A DNA stretch of 64,000 nucleotides, taken from positions 6,112,001 to 6,176,000 of the forward strand of contig CAVUSO010000001.1 in NCBI GenBank assembly GCA_963744145.1, in the 5' to 3' direction. Below the pieces are notes generated by a model. It saw only the letters and a program-made list of their open reading frames with translations. It searched no databases and was not told the origin of the DNA. The translations under genes and the position numbers were made by a program. This document shows, in pieces, positions 51,654 through 62,611 of this stretch. This DNA is from an uncultured cyanobacterium. GTDB lineage: Bacteria; Cyanobacteriota; Cyanobacteriia; Cyanobacteriales; CAWUOF01. Positions within the stretch are counted from its first letter, which is position 1. Each line of letters opens with the position of its first letter.

Positions 51654-52847
51654 CTAATTTTTTTTACTTTTAATATCCATCTGGATCTGATCAAAAATTC
51701 CCCCATCTTTAAAAAATTTATTCTGAATCGCATCCCAACCTCCAAAAGCTGCTGCTGTAAATAACTTTTTCAGCGGTGGAAACTGCTGGGAAAATTCTTG
51801 AATCACGAGGGAATTTAAAGGTCGAAATCCGACTTTAGCAAATGCTCTTTGTGCTGCTGGAGTATAAAGAAATTGAAGAAACGCTTCAGCTACTTCACGA
51901 GTCCCTCGACGATTGACATATTTATCTACTAGGGTAATTGGATTATCAATAGAAATATTTACTTCGGGAATAATCGCAGCAGTATTTTTCGCTAAACCTT
52001 GTTGATGCGAAAGAATGAACTCATTTTCATAATTAATCAAAATATCACCCTTTTCTTGACGGAAAAAAATATCAGTTGATTCTCTAGCATCTTTGGCTAA
52101 AACAGGAACATTCTGATAAACTTGAGTAGCAAAATTAAGGGCTTCTGCTTCAGTACCCCCAGTTTGGGTAATCGCTCCCCAGAAAGCTAGAAAATTCCAG
52201 CGAGCAATTCCAGAAGTTTTTGGATCAGCAGTAATCACAGAAATACCAGGTTTAGCTAAATCTGACCAGCTATGGATTTGTTTGGGATTACCCGCACGAG
52301 TAATAATCGCACCAACTGTACGAGTGACAATACCATCGTGATTAGGTACTCTTTGCTCCCAACCAGGTAGAACTAAACCAGCTTGCTGAAGACGATTAAC
52401 ATCTAATGCTAGGGATAAATGGGCAATATCTGTCGGTAAACCATTCACGATCGCACGAGTTTGGGTACTAGAACCAGCATAGCTCTCTTGGAAGATTACT
52501 TCTTGGTGATGTTCTAGTTGCCATTTTTGTTTAAACAGAGGAATTATTTCTGCATAAGCACCTTGAGCGACAGAAAAAGCTACCAAACTCAATTCAATCG
52601 GTTTGAGCGGTGTAGCGATCGCGGTTTGCTGAGGACTAGGAGCAGTCCCTGGTGTAACCGGAGCCTTCGTACAAGCAGCAATTAGGATATTCAAGCTAAT
52701 CGTAGCGACGAGTAAAAGTAGAAAAGCTTTATGTTTAAATCGCCTGAAAGACTTTAGCCTCGGTATGAGCAACTTTACCTTAGTCAAGACCAAAGCATGA
52801 CTTTTTTCGATCCATAATTGCCATGGTTGGGTTTGGGGATAGGGCAT
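51654..52847 (-). CDS. sbp: Sulfate ABC transporter substrate-binding protein
   Basis: SYAGSSTQTRA, GNPKQI..W.DL, DPKTSGIARWNFL, INYENE, FGGW; true start may be downstream. Confidence 0.9.
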   Translation of the reverse strand: MPYPQTQPWQLWIEKSHALVLTKVKLLIPRLKSFRRFKHKAFLLLLVATISLNILIAACTKAPVTPGTAPSPQQTAIATPLKPIELSLVAFSVAQGAYAEIIPLFKQKWQLEHHQEVIFQESYAGSSTQTRAIVNGLPTDIAHLSLALDVNRLQQAGLVLPGWEQRVPNHDGIVTRTVGAIITRAGNPKQIHSWSDLAKPGISVITADPKTSGIARWNFLAFWGAITQTGGTEAEALNFATQVYQNVPVLAKDARESTDIFFRQEKGDILINYENEFILSHQQGLAKNTAAIIPEVNISIDNPITLVDKYVNRRGTREVAEAFLQFLYTPAAQRAFAKVGFRPLNSLVIQEFSQQFPPLKKLFTAAAFGGWDAIQNKFFKDGGIFDQIQMDIKSKKN

Positions 52848-52886
52848 AAAAATAGTAACTCCTGGCTAAATCCTGAAATTTTGCTT

Positions 52887-52920
52887 AAACTACGGTAAAT
52901 CAGTAGACATACTGTAGTTT
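52887..52920. promoter_or_regulatory. Inverted repeat in the sbp / kinase divergent promoter
   Basis: AAACTACGGTA-N12-TACTGTAGTTT (10 of 11 match). Confidence 0.4.
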
Positions 52921-52992
52921 AATCTAAATTATGCTAAATTAACAAAGTAATTACTACCTTGATGGTGTGGGCTCCAACCAGACTCAAAATTC

Positions 52993-55900
52993 ATGTCAAA
53001 ATTTCTAGCTAAACTCGTTTCCAAACCATCCACCTCAATCACCCGTCAAACCTTACTGAAAATGGTAGGGAGGATCGCTCTGGTCATCTTGGGGTCTAGT
53101 ATCCTCAGCTATCTACATTTAATGTCAATCCTAGAAACCCAAACTATCCAACAGCTAGAGAAATATATTACAGAAAGAGGACAACGAGAAAGTAACATCT
53201 TTACTTTGGCTGAAGATAACCATGCGGTCCTAGATCGGGAATTAAAACGAAAGCTAGATGAACTAAGCGATCGCGATCCAGAAGCAGAATTTAACCAACT
53301 ATTGAGAAAATCGCCAGATGGTGTAATTCGCAATCAGCCAGAAAATTTTGATCGTAGTCGTCAACCTGGAGTATATATAGGTAAAAACGTCAAGCTTAAC
53401 CCAGAAATTCGTCGTCTGGTTCTTACCTTGTACCATCTGGTCATGTCTTATGGCCCAGCTTGGCATACTCGCTTTCAGAATACTTACATCAACGCACCAG
53501 AAAATATCGCTGTCATGTACTGGCCCGAAGTTCCTTGGGCAGAGAATGCGGCAGCTGATTTAGATCTACCCAAGGAAGAATCCTATTGGCTCACCGACCA
53601 AAACCATAACCCGACCCGGAAAACGATTTGCACCGGAATCTACTATGACAAAGTAGCTAGAAACTGGATGGTTTCTTGCGAAACTCCTGTGGATCAAGAT
53701 GGTAAACAAATTGCCACGATCGGACATGACCTAGTTTTAAACGAATTACTAGAACGAACGATCAAAGATTGTCTACCTGGAACTTATAATCTGATTTTTC
53801 GAGCAGATGGTCGTTTAATTGCTCATCCTGACAAAATGGATGAAATCAAAAACAAACAAGGCAAATTAGAAATTCTTCAGTCCGGAGATGCCCATCTAGA
53901 ACGAATTTTTACATTAGTTACAAACATTAAACCTGAGCAGGTAGTAGTTGAAAATACCCAAGATAAAGAATATCTAGCCGTTATTAAACTCGCTGGTTTA
54001 GAATGGTTTTTTGTGACGGTTTTTCCCAAGTCAATTTTAGCGGAGATGGCTTTTAATAATGCTAGATTTGTACTGATTATCGGCGGAATTTCCTTGCTAG
54101 TTGAAATCGGGGTTCTCTTATTTGTAATCCGGCAAAATGTAGCTATTCCTCTGCACAAATTAATGGTGGCTACCGAACAAATTGCCATGGGTGATTTTAA
54201 TATTCATTTAGATACCAAGCGTCAGGATGAAATAGGAAGATTAGCACATTCATTTAATTCCATGGCTGCGGAAGTATATGCACGGGAAGTTGGTCTGAAA
54301 AAAGCTCAAGAATCTCTCCAAAAGATGGATAAACTTAAAGATGAATTTTTAGCCAATACATCCCATGAACTGCGTACACCATTAAATGGAATTATTGGTA
54401 TTGCTGAATCTTTGATCGAAGGTGCGACTGGAAAATTGTCAGCAGTGACTATTTCTAATCTAGTCACGATCGCGACCAGTGGTCGTCGATTAGCCAATTT
54501 AGTTAATGATATTCTGGATTTTTCTAAACTTAGACATCAAACTATTGAACTCCAACTGAGTCCAGTAGCAGTTAGAGAAATTGCCGAAGTGGTGATGACT
54601 CTGATTAAACCTTTAGCCGCTCAAAAAAATTTACAATTAATCAACAATATTCCCATCAATTTACCACCCGTTAGTGCTGATGAAAATCGCTTACAGCAAA
54701 TTTTTTATAATTTGATTGGTAATGCCATCAAATTTACTGATCTAGGTAGTGTCAGAATAGAAGCTAAATTAATTAGTAGTTGTGAAGATGGAGAAATTCA
54801 GCCAAGTGAAAAAAATATTGAAAATGGTAGCGTAGCGACGGAAATTGCGATTCAAAACCTGAAATCTAAAATTGAAATCTCAGTCTATGATACAGGGATT
54901 GGTATTCCAGCAGATAAACTAGATCGGATTTTTGAATCTTTTGAACAAGCTGATGGTTCCACAGCCAGAATTTATGGTGGGACTGGATTAGGATTGGCAA
55001 TTACTAAAAAGTTAATCCAATTACATGGTGGAGAAATTTGGGTTGAATCGATCCTTGAGCAAGGTTCACGATTTATCTTTACCCTACCGATTAGTTATGG
55101 TACGGAGATTGACCATATCACCAGTTCCAATTTTAAGAATCATATTTCTGCATCACCGATTTTGAGTTCTGTTTTTTTTCGGGAAGATTGGGAAAGAACT
55201 ATAGAGCATCAAACTGAAAAAATCAGTAGTGATGCCATAGTTTTGGCAGATTTACATCAACAATTAATCAGTGATTCTGGCTCTGCTTATAAAATTTTAA
55301 TTGTGGATGATGAACCGATCAATCGTCAAGTTTTAGTTAATCATTTGTCTTTGTATAACTATGAAATTATTCAGGCTGCTTCCGGACCTGAAGCATTGGA
55401 TATTATAGAACAAGGGTTAAAACCTGACTTAATTTTATTAGATGTAATGATGTCCCGGATGACCGGTTATGAAGTTACCAGGAAAATTCGAGAAAATTGG
55501 AAAGCAAATGAGTTACCGATCGTCTTGCTAACTGCTAAAAATCAGGTAATGGATTTAGTGGTTGGTTTAGAAGCAGGAGCCAATGATTATTTAACTAAGC
55601 CGATCGCTAAAGATGAACTGTTAGCCCGAATTAAAACTCACTGTACTCAAGCAGCAATTTTCTTAGAAAATACTCGTCTTTATTTAGAATTACAAGCATC
55701 AGAAACTCGTGAAAAAGAGCGTGCTTTAGAATTAGAGCAATCTTTACAAAATCTTCAGCAGATGCAAATTCAACTGGTGCAGAGTGAAAAAATGGCAGGG
55801 ATTGGTCAATTGGTAGCTGGGGTAGCTCATGAAATTAATAATCCCCTTGGTTTTATTGTGGGTAATCTAAATCATGCTTCAGCTTGCATTCAGGATTTAA

Positions 55901-56598
55901 TTTATCTTTTAATGCTTTATCAGCAATATTATCCCCAACCTGCATCAGAAATTGCTGAACAAATAGAAATGATTGATTTACCTTATTTGATTCAAGATTT
56001 ACCTCAATTAATTTCTTCATTAAAGGTCGGAACAGATCGGATTCGAGAAATTAGTTTAGCCCTCAGAACTTTCTGTCGTTCTGATATTTCAAGTAAAGTA
56101 AACTTTGATTTGCATGAAGGAATTGATAGTACATTGATGATTTTAAGACACCGACTTAAATCTAATCAAAAACGTCCGGAAATTGTGATTATTAAAGATT
56201 ATGGAAAACTTCCTTTAGTTAATTGCTATCCTGGTCAGCTTAATCAGGTGTTTATGAATCTTTTGGCTAATGCGATCGATGCTTTAGATGAAGCTTGTGT
56301 AGATTTGTCTTATCAAGAGATTGAAGCTAACCCCAAACAAATTACTATTTGCACCCATATGTCTGGGGAAGAACAGTGGGTAACAATCAGGATTAAAGAT
56401 AATGGTTTAGGAATGAATGAAGAAGTTCAACAAAAGATTTTTGAGCATTTATTTACTACTAAATCTGTGGGACATGGAACGGGATTAGGTTTGTCAATTA
56501 GTCGTCAGATTGTGATTGAAAAACATGGTGGTAAATTGAGTTGTATTTCCTCCCTAGGAGCAGGTTCTGAATTTATCATCGAAATTCCTTTAACTTAA
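52993..56598 (+). CDS. Hybrid histidine kinase: TM-Cache-TM-HAMP-HisKA-HATPase-REC-HisKA-HATPase
   Basis: DEIGRLAHSFNSM; FLANTSHELRTPL; GGTGLGL; VDDE...LLDVMM; AGVAHEINNPL; GTGLGLSI. Confidence 0.92.
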   Translation: MSKFLAKLVSKPSTSITRQTLLKMVGRIALVILGSSILSYLHLMSILETQTIQQLEKYITERGQRESNIFTLAEDNHAVLDRELKRKLDELSDRDPEAEFNQLLRKSPDGVIRNQPENFDRSRQPGVYIGKNVKLNPEIRRLVLTLYHLVMSYGPAWHTRFQNTYINAPENIAVMYWPEVPWAENAAADLDLPKEESYWLTDQNHNPTRKTICTGIYYDKVARNWMVSCETPVDQDGKQIATIGHDLVLNELLERTIKDCLPGTYNLIFRADGRLIAHPDKMDEIKNKQGKLEILQSGDAHLERIFTLVTNIKPEQVVVENTQDKEYLAVIKLAGLEWFFVTVFPKSILAEMAFNNARFVLIIGGISLLVEIGVLLFVIRQNVAIPLHKLMVATEQIAMGDFNIHLDTKRQDEIGRLAHSFNSMAAEVYAREVGLKKAQESLQKMDKLKDEFLANTSHELRTPLNGIIGIAESLIEGATGKLSAVTISNLVTIATSGRRLANLVNDILDFSKLRHQTIELQLSPVAVREIAEVVMTLIKPLAAQKNLQLINNIPINLPPVSADENRLQQIFYNLIGNAIKFTDLGSVRIEAKLISSCEDGEIQPSEKNIENGSVATEIAIQNLKSKIEISVYDTGIGIPADKLDRIFESFEQADGSTARIYGGTGLGLAITKKLIQLHGGEIWVESILEQGSRFIFTLPISYGTEIDHITSSNFKNHISASPILSSVFFREDWERTIEHQTEKISSDAIVLADLHQQLISDSGSAYKILIVDDEPINRQVLVNHLSLYNYEIIQAASGPEALDIIEQGLKPDLILLDVMMSRMTGYEVTRKIRENWKANELPIVLLTAKNQVMDLVVGLEAGANDYLTKPIAKDELLARIKTHCTQAAIFLENTRLYLELQASETREKERALELEQSLQNLQQMQIQLVQSEKMAGIGQLVAGVAHEINNPLGFIVGNLNHASACIQDLIYLLMLYQQYYPQPASEIAEQIEMIDLPYLIQDLPQLISSLKVGTDRIREISLALRTFCRSDISSKVNFDLHEGIDSTLMILRHRLKSNQKRPEIVIIKDYGKLPLVNCYPGQLNQVFMNLLANAIDALDEACVDLSYQEIEANPKQITICTHMSGEEQWVTIRIKDNGLGMNEEVQQKIFEHLFTTKSVGHGTGLGLSISRQIVIEKHGGKLSCISSLGAGSEFIIEIPLT

Positions 56599-56701
56599 GT
56601 CAATTCTCAGACCCAAAAAAAAGCTGAGACGCTAATTGAAATAATTAAGCCTCAGCTATAACCACAGTATTAACCTAGTCAACTCTTACAAATTGTTGAG
56701 G

Positions 56702-58294
56702 TTAAGCTTGACATTTATGACCATATTGAAGATGATCAAATTCCACACCCATACGAACTACGGGAACGAAAACTTTAATGGCAGATATCCCACCATTGTA
56801 GTGAACACCGAAGAAACGATCTTCCGGAGTTTCACTCATAGTGGAATAATCACCACCGATGACAAAAGGTCCTTGAGCGCCTAGACTTTTGCCATTAGCA
56901 TCAAAAGCCTCAAAAGTTAAACGACCACTGCCAAAACTTGGATCTGACGCATCAATATCAGTCCAAACAATTGCCGCATCAGTGGGATAATCGCCTAGAC
57001 TTTTATCAAATGTAAATGTGATATCTCCCTTGGATAAAACTAAGCGATCGGGAGCTCGACCTCGACCATCAATTGGACCGTCATCTTCATCAACCACATC
57101 AAAGTATGTACTGTCTGTATACTTGCCAGTTTCATTAGGACTAGAAGCAATAACTCCAGGAGTATTCAGAGCAAAATTGGCATCTTTAAAGTCTTCTAAA
57201 TAAAACCAATCAGAATTAGTTTTTAAATCTTTAAAGGGACTATCACCTGCAAAACTCCGGTAAGGAATATTTACCAAAAATTTGGCACTACTCGTACCAA
57301 TACAAGCGATTGGTTTTGGAGCTGGTGGTACAGGAGCGGGTTTATTAGCGACAGTTGAAAACTTAATCGTTTGGCAGCCAGAGTTATCATCAAATTTTCC
57401 ATCATTGAGAATAAATGAGACTGAATCACCTGGTTGCAGTTCAAACTCTTGGTTTTTCCCGGTTTTGATGAATTTTCTAACTCCGTTAGCGTCTTTGATT
57501 TCTCCGACTAAGGTGCCTAGTCTGATCTCAGGATAGCGAGCACCTGTACCGGCGATAACACTTCCATCAGCATCAAATGACTTATCATAAGGACTTGGTG
57601 AATTTGCTGGAGCAACTCGCCATTGTCCTTCTGCGTTAATTTTGACTTGAACAGGATAGCTTAAGGTGTTGCTAAAGCTAGGTAAATTTTTGGATTCATT
57701 TGCTAATACAGTTAATTGACCATTTTGAGTATCAGCATTAATGGAAATAGGAGTAGCACTGCTAGCAGCACATGCTAGGGGCTGAGGATTGGGTTTATTA
57801 GCCACACTGGAGAACTTAATTATTTGCGAGCCAGAGTTATCCGCAAAGTAAGGAAGTCCATCATTGAAAATAAATGAGACTGAATCGCCTGGTTGCAATT
57901 CAAATTCTTGGTTTTTCCCGCTTTTGATGAATTTTTTAGCCCCTTTGGCATCTGTGATTTGCCCGACTAAGGTGCCTAGTTTTAAATCAGGATAGAGCCA
58001 AGCTGAATAGGGTACGTTATTACCTGCATCAGCATCGACTAAATCACTATTTGCTTCACCTGGTTTAGCCGCTCGCCATTGTCCCTCAGCGCTAATTTTG
58101 ACTTTAACGGGATAGCTTAAGGTATTGGTAAAGCCAGGTAAATCTTTGGATTCCGTTGCTAATACAGTTAACTGACCATTTTGAGCATCAGCATTAATGG
58201 GAGTAAGTGCTGCTAATGCTGGTGCTGGCAGAAAAATTACTGCGATCGCCACAATTGCACTCAGCAAACTAGACCACAACAAGTTTAATCTCAT
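56702..58294 (-). CDS. Secreted protein with two tandem LecA/PA-IL-like domains and a C-terminal beta domain
   Basis: Signal peptide ending ALA from ATG 58294; duplicated domain VLA..S...EGQW...LGTLVG.I...ND...DNSG. Confidence 0.6.
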   Translation of the reverse strand: MRLNLLWSSLLSAIVAIAVIFLPAPALAALTPINADAQNGQLTVLATESKDLPGFTNTLSYPVKVKISAEGQWRAAKPGEANSDLVDADAGNNVPYSAWLYPDLKLGTLVGQITDAKGAKKFIKSGKNQEFELQPGDSVSFIFNDGLPYFADNSGSQIIKFSSVANKPNPQPLACAASSATPISINADTQNGQLTVLANESKNLPSFSNTLSYPVQVKINAEGQWRVAPANSPSPYDKSFDADGSVIAGTGARYPEIRLGTLVGEIKDANGVRKFIKTGKNQEFELQPGDSVSFILNDGKFDDNSGCQTIKFSTVANKPAPVPPAPKPIACIGTSSAKFLVNIPYRSFAGDSPFKDLKTNSDWFYLEDFKDANFALNTPGVIASSPNETGKYTDSTYFDVVDEDDGPIDGRGRAPDRLVLSKGDITFTFDKSLGDYPTDAAIVWTDIDASDPSFGSGRLTFEAFDANGKSLGAQGPFVIGGDYSTMSETPEDRFFGVHYNGGISAIKVFVPVVRMGVEFDHLQYGHKCQA

Positions 58295-58595
58295 GTTAAC
58301 CAAAGTCAGATAAATGTGTGTACTTGAGACCAGCACAATTCCCATATTTATTATTAGTAATAAATACTGGAGAATGAGCTTTTGTCTCATTCAAACTCAA
58401 TTTAGCCGACCTGATTGTACCCTATTTTTTCATTTAAAATATGTGAAACTATTGTCATCTGTTTTTTTTAATAAATCGTTATAAATAATTTTGCTAGATA
58501 GTTCTTCCTTATCAAGAATCATCATATCAAAGAAAATTAGAAAAGTCAAGTAGCGAGGAAAAAATTCTGCCGATCGGATCTATCCAAAAAACAAT

Positions 58596-59864
58596 TCAAT
58601 TAACATCGACCTGAAAATCTGCTCCAGAAGTAAGAGTATAGTAGTGACCGATTAAATATAAAGAACCACATAAAACAACTAAACTGGGGTTAGTTTGAAA
58701 AGCTGCTGTTAAAGCATTAACAAGAGTAGGATAAGTTTGCACCGTAGTTAATTCCGGGCAAATATTTTGGGCAAGAATCGCTAATTCTTCAGGATTAGCT
58801 GTAGGGGAATCAGGAACAGGTACTAAATAAAGATGATCCTGTGGTCTTAATAAAGCACGGAAAATCTCACTATGGTCTTTAGTCACTAACATTCCAATTA
58901 ACCAGGTAATTGGTGGAGTATTTAAAGTATCAACATATTGACGTAATACTTGTGCTGCACCAGGATTATGTGCCCCATCAATTAATAAACGCTGATTGCC
59001 CCATTGCTGCCATTGTAAGCGTCCGGGCCATTTAGTTTTGGTCATCCCTTGAGCGATCGCCTGATCAGAAATCAACCAACTTTGTTCTCGGAGAATTTGA
59101 CAAGCAGCGATCGCTAATGCAGAGTTAGCGAGTTGAAAATCTCCTAACAAAGGTAAATAATACTTAATCCCTTGATATTCTGCCCAACCATCACCTAAAT
59201 TGACAGCAGGAGAGGGAAAAATTGCTGGACAAGATAAGGTGTTAATTTTAGTTTCGATCACGGATTGTGCTGCGGGAGGTAAGATCCCAATTACTGCTGG
59301 ACAATGAGGCTTAAGAATCCCAGCTTTTTCGGCAGCAATTTCTGCTAAAGTAGATCCTAAAACTTGCCAATGGTCACGACTAATCGAAGTAATAATACTC
59401 ACCAAGGAGCGATCGCAGACATTAGTAGCATCTAAACGTCCACCTAATCCTACTTCAATCACAGCAAGATCTACTTGTTGGTGAGCAAAATGGAGCCAAC
59501 TAGCAGCAGTCAGCACTTCAAATTGAGTTGGGGATTGGGAATAGGATTTAGTTAGAGAGTTAATTTCTAAGAGTAGATCTACTAATGCTGAAGAGGAAAT
59601 AGGTTGTTCATTAATACAGATTCGTTCATTCCAATTAACTAAATGGGGAGAGGTATAACGTCCCACACGATAACCAGCTTCAGTTAACACCGAGGAAAGA
59701 TAAGCACAGACAGAACCTTTACCATTCGTACCGGCTACATGAATAATGGGGATATGGTGATGAGGGTTGTCTAAATCAGCTAAAAGCTTTTGAATTCGGG
59801 TTAAATCGAGATGATCTCCCAAATGTCCGTAGGGTTTGAGGAGAACATCGATGTCGTTGGTCAT
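58596..59864 (-). CDS. folC: Folylpolyglutamate synthase / dihydrofolate synthase
   Basis: HVAGTNGKGS, YTSPHL, EVGLGGRLDATN, WPGRL, DGAHN. Confidence 0.96.
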   Translation of the reverse strand: MTNDIDVLLKPYGHLGDHLDLTRIQKLLADLDNPHHHIPIIHVAGTNGKGSVCAYLSSVLTEAGYRVGRYTSPHLVNWNERICINEQPISSSALVDLLLEINSLTKSYSQSPTQFEVLTAASWLHFAHQQVDLAVIEVGLGGRLDATNVCDRSLVSIITSISRDHWQVLGSTLAEIAAEKAGILKPHCPAVIGILPPAAQSVIETKINTLSCPAIFPSPAVNLGDGWAEYQGIKYYLPLLGDFQLANSALAIAACQILREQSWLISDQAIAQGMTKTKWPGRLQWQQWGNQRLLIDGAHNPGAAQVLRQYVDTLNTPPITWLIGMLVTKDHSEIFRALLRPQDHLYLVPVPDSPTANPEELAILAQNICPELTTVQTYPTLVNALTAAFQTNPSLVVLCGSLYLIGHYYTLTSGADFQVDVN

Positions 59865-59917
59865 AGTTGTAAAAAACAATAGCGATCACTCAAAAAATAT
59901 TTACAATAATTAATAAA

Positions 59918-59951
59918 ACCGATTGTCTATCTAAACTGAGAGACAATCGGT
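59918..59951 (-). terminator. Rho-independent terminator after psbY
   Basis: ACCGATTGTCT ... AGACAATCGGT stem followed by a T-rich tract on the minus strand. Confidence 0.6.
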
Positions 59952-59977
59952 AATTGCATTCAGAAGCTAAATGAAAA

Positions 59978-60103
59978 TCAGGCTTGTTTATTCAAAAAGC
60001 TTTGCAGTTGCTTAAGTGCGATCACACCAATATTCTTTATAGCCCAACCTCCAGCAAGAATTAGCGGAAGTAGAACGATTAAAATGCGCCAATCAAAGTC
60101 CAT
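59978..60103 (-). CDS. psbY: Photosystem II protein Y
   Basis: MDFDWRILIVLLPLILAGGWAIKNIG..ALKQ; ATG 60103. Confidence 0.9.
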   Translation of the reverse strand: MDFDWRILIVLLPLILAGGWAIKNIGVIALKQLQSFLNKQA

Positions 60104-60191
60104 ATTTCCCCTCTTAAAGATGTTTAAAGACTGCTCATTTTTATTGTGCGACAAATTGGTTAAATTTAGACAGTGATTAGGATAATTAAAA

Positions 60192-60733
60192 CTAATCTGT
60201 AATTTCTGTCCCTTTTCCCGCATGAGCTAACGCTAGCTGTTGATAATGATGGGCATGATGGAGTAAATCCTCTGCTTCTTCAGGGGAAACAGCTCGTAAA
60301 AACTTAGCAGGTACTCCGACAACGAGCGATCGGGGGGAACATCTTTAGTGACTACCGAGCCAGCGCCAATAATACTCCCCGATCCAACCCGGACTCCATC
60401 CAAAACGATCGCACCAATCCCAATTAAACTACCCCGTTCAATATGAGCGGAGTGGATCACTGCTCGATGACCAACAGTGACATAATCTTCTAAAACAGTT
60501 GGTTTACCAGGATCACCATGTAAAATTGCACCATCTTGAATATTAGTAAACTCACCAACCACAATCCGCTCTACATCTCCACGCAGAACAGCACCATACC
60601 AAATACTTACCCCAACTGCGAGGGTAACTTGACCAACAACTGTAGCATTGGGAGCCACAAAAGCAGCTAAGGAGAGATCAACGGGTAACCAAGATGACCC
60701 AGGATGAAAAGCATCACTCAGAACATGAATCAC
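60192..60733 (-). pseudogene. Gamma carbonic anhydrase family protein, frameshifted in a C homopolymer (about 60332-60337; probable sequencing error)
   Basis: Hexapeptide repeats, NIQDGAILH, TVGH.A.IH; adding one C restores VPPRSLVVGVPAK...AHAGKGTEITD*. Confidence 0.85.
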
Positions 60734-60922
60734 AATAATTACTTAGTTTAAATAGAAGTAATGGAACCCAGGATTGACCTGCTTAATTCGGGATCATACC
60801 AAAAAAGTAATTCTTTTTCCACCCAATAGTCAAAAAATCAGAAATAATCGAAATGATATATAAATCTAGGTGTATGGTGAATTAGTTTACTCGTAGGGTG
60901 TTAATTTTATGGATGATTAAGC

Positions 60923-61624
60923 TTAAGAAAGATCGGGATCAATTCCCAGCGATCGCAATTGTGCCGCCAATTTTTCGACTCGATGGTTCGCTTCGATCCG
61001 AGCTAATTCTTCTATCTGTAAAGCTTCCTCCTGGGTTTTATATCGATCGCCTTTTTCATCATACCAATATAACCACTCTCTTCTGATTCCTTCATAACTA
61101 CCAATCTCTACCCCAATTCCTAAGCCAATTTCTGACATCCAGACCCGGTTTCCTGGGATTAATTTATATTCACCTGCGCTCAAATGGTACACCATTAACT
61201 GCGGCTGACGACGGCGGAATGGTGCATAAATCACGTAATACAATACTCCTTGTTTTTCATACTCAATTTTCTTGCGTTTATATTCACCCCCTGGTTTTTT
61301 CGATACTACTTCGATCATCAATTGGGGTACTACTCCATTTTCTTCCCAATTCACATAGCTTAAACGTAGATTTTCTCCCTTAATTCTTGGAACTCCTAAA
61401 CTTAAGAACCCATCGGGTGCTAAACAGGGTTTTTTTGGATCAAAATGCCAAGCCATATCAATTCCAAAAAACCAATCCTGCCGATCGCGCCAAATATAAC
61501 TCAGTATAGATTTTAACAGATGACAAACTAAATCTTGTAATTCACTATCCACGGGTTGATCGTCAGAATATGGTAATTCTGCTGCGGTTGGGAGCTTTTT
61601 TTCTAGCTGGTTGTAAGTTAGCAT
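60923..61624 (-). CDS. Uma2/DUF820 family nuclease-fold protein, copy 1 (0 tail repeats)
   Basis: LPYSDDQPVDSELQ, APDGFLSLGV, IEVVS, YYVIY; 233 aa. Confidence 0.88.
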   Translation of the reverse strand: MLTYNQLEKKLPTAAELPYSDDQPVDSELQDLVCHLLKSILSYIWRDRQDWFFGIDMAWHFDPKKPCLAPDGFLSLGVPRIKGENLRLSYVNWEENGVVPQLMIEVVSKKPGGEYKRKKIEYEKQGVLYYVIYAPFRRRQPQLMVYHLSAGEYKLIPGNRVWMSEIGLGIGVEIGSYEGIRREWLYWYDEKGDRYKTQEEALQIEELARIEANHRVEKLAAQLRSLGIDPDLS

Positions 61625-61702
61625 AGTTAGATATTATTCTGAGCAGAAACTAACTTTTCTATCCTGATCATACCATAAATAGTCAAAAGTTTATAATTAA
61701 GT

Positions 61703-62530
61703 TTAAGAAGGATCAGGCTCAATTCCCAGCGATCGCAATTGTGCCGCCAATTTCTCGGCTCGATGGTTCGCTTCTATCTGGGCTAATTCTGCTAGCTGTG
61801 CTTGTTGTTGAGCTTCCCTCTGGGCTAATTCTGCTAGCTGTGCTTGTTGTTGAGCTTCCCTCCGTGCTAATTCTGCTTGTTGTGCTTGTTGTTGAGCTTC
61901 CCTCCGTGCTAATTCTTCTAGCTGTAACGCTTCTTCCTGGGTTTTATATCGATCGCCTTTTTCATCATACCAATATAACCACTCTCTCCTGATTCCTTCA
62001 TAACTACCAATCTCTACCCCAATTCCTAAGCCAATTTCTGACATCCAGACCCGGTTTCCTGGGATTAATTTATATTCACCTGCGCTCAAATGGTACACCA
62101 TTAACTGCGGCTGACGACGGCGGAATGGTGCATAAATCACATAATACAATACTCCTTGTTTTTCATACTCAATTTTCTTGCGTTTATATTCACCCCCTGG
62201 TTTTTTCGATACTACTTCGATCGTCAATTGGGGTACTACTCCGTTTTCTTCCCAATTCACATAGCTTAAACGTAGATTTTCTCCCTTAATTCTTGGAACT
62301 CCTAAACTTAAGAACCCATCGGGCGCTAAACAGGGTTTTTTTGGATCAAAATGCCAAGCCATATCAATTCCAAAAAACCAATCTTGCCGATCGCGCCAAA
62401 TATAACTCAGTATAGATTTTAACAGATGACAAACTAAATCTTGTAATTCACTATCCACGGGTTGATCGTCAGAATATGGTAATTCTGCTGCGGTTGGGAG
62501 CTTTTTTTCTAGCTGGTTGTAAGTTAGCAT
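61703..62530 (-). CDS. Uma2/DUF820 family protein, copy 2 (3 tail repeats)
   Basis: Near-identical core; 275 aa. Confidence 0.88.
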   Translation of the reverse strand: MLTYNQLEKKLPTAAELPYSDDQPVDSELQDLVCHLLKSILSYIWRDRQDWFFGIDMAWHFDPKKPCLAPDGFLSLGVPRIKGENLRLSYVNWEENGVVPQLTIEVVSKKPGGEYKRKKIEYEKQGVLYYVIYAPFRRRQPQLMVYHLSAGEYKLIPGNRVWMSEIGLGIGVEIGSYEGIRREWLYWYDEKGDRYKTQEEALQLEELARREAQQQAQQAELARREAQQQAQLAELAQREAQQQAQLAELAQIEANHRAEKLAAQLRSLGIEPDPS

Positions 62531-62611
62531 AGTTAGATATTATTCTGAGCAGAAACTAACTTTTTTTCTATCCTGATTATACCATAAATAGTCAAAAGTT
62601 TATAATTAAGT

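Noticed and set aside
2781..57536. Numerous 60-120 aa ORFs overlapping longer genes
   Set aside because: Antisense or alternate-frame shadows of recognisable genes, with no independent motifs (except the frameshift fragments noted).
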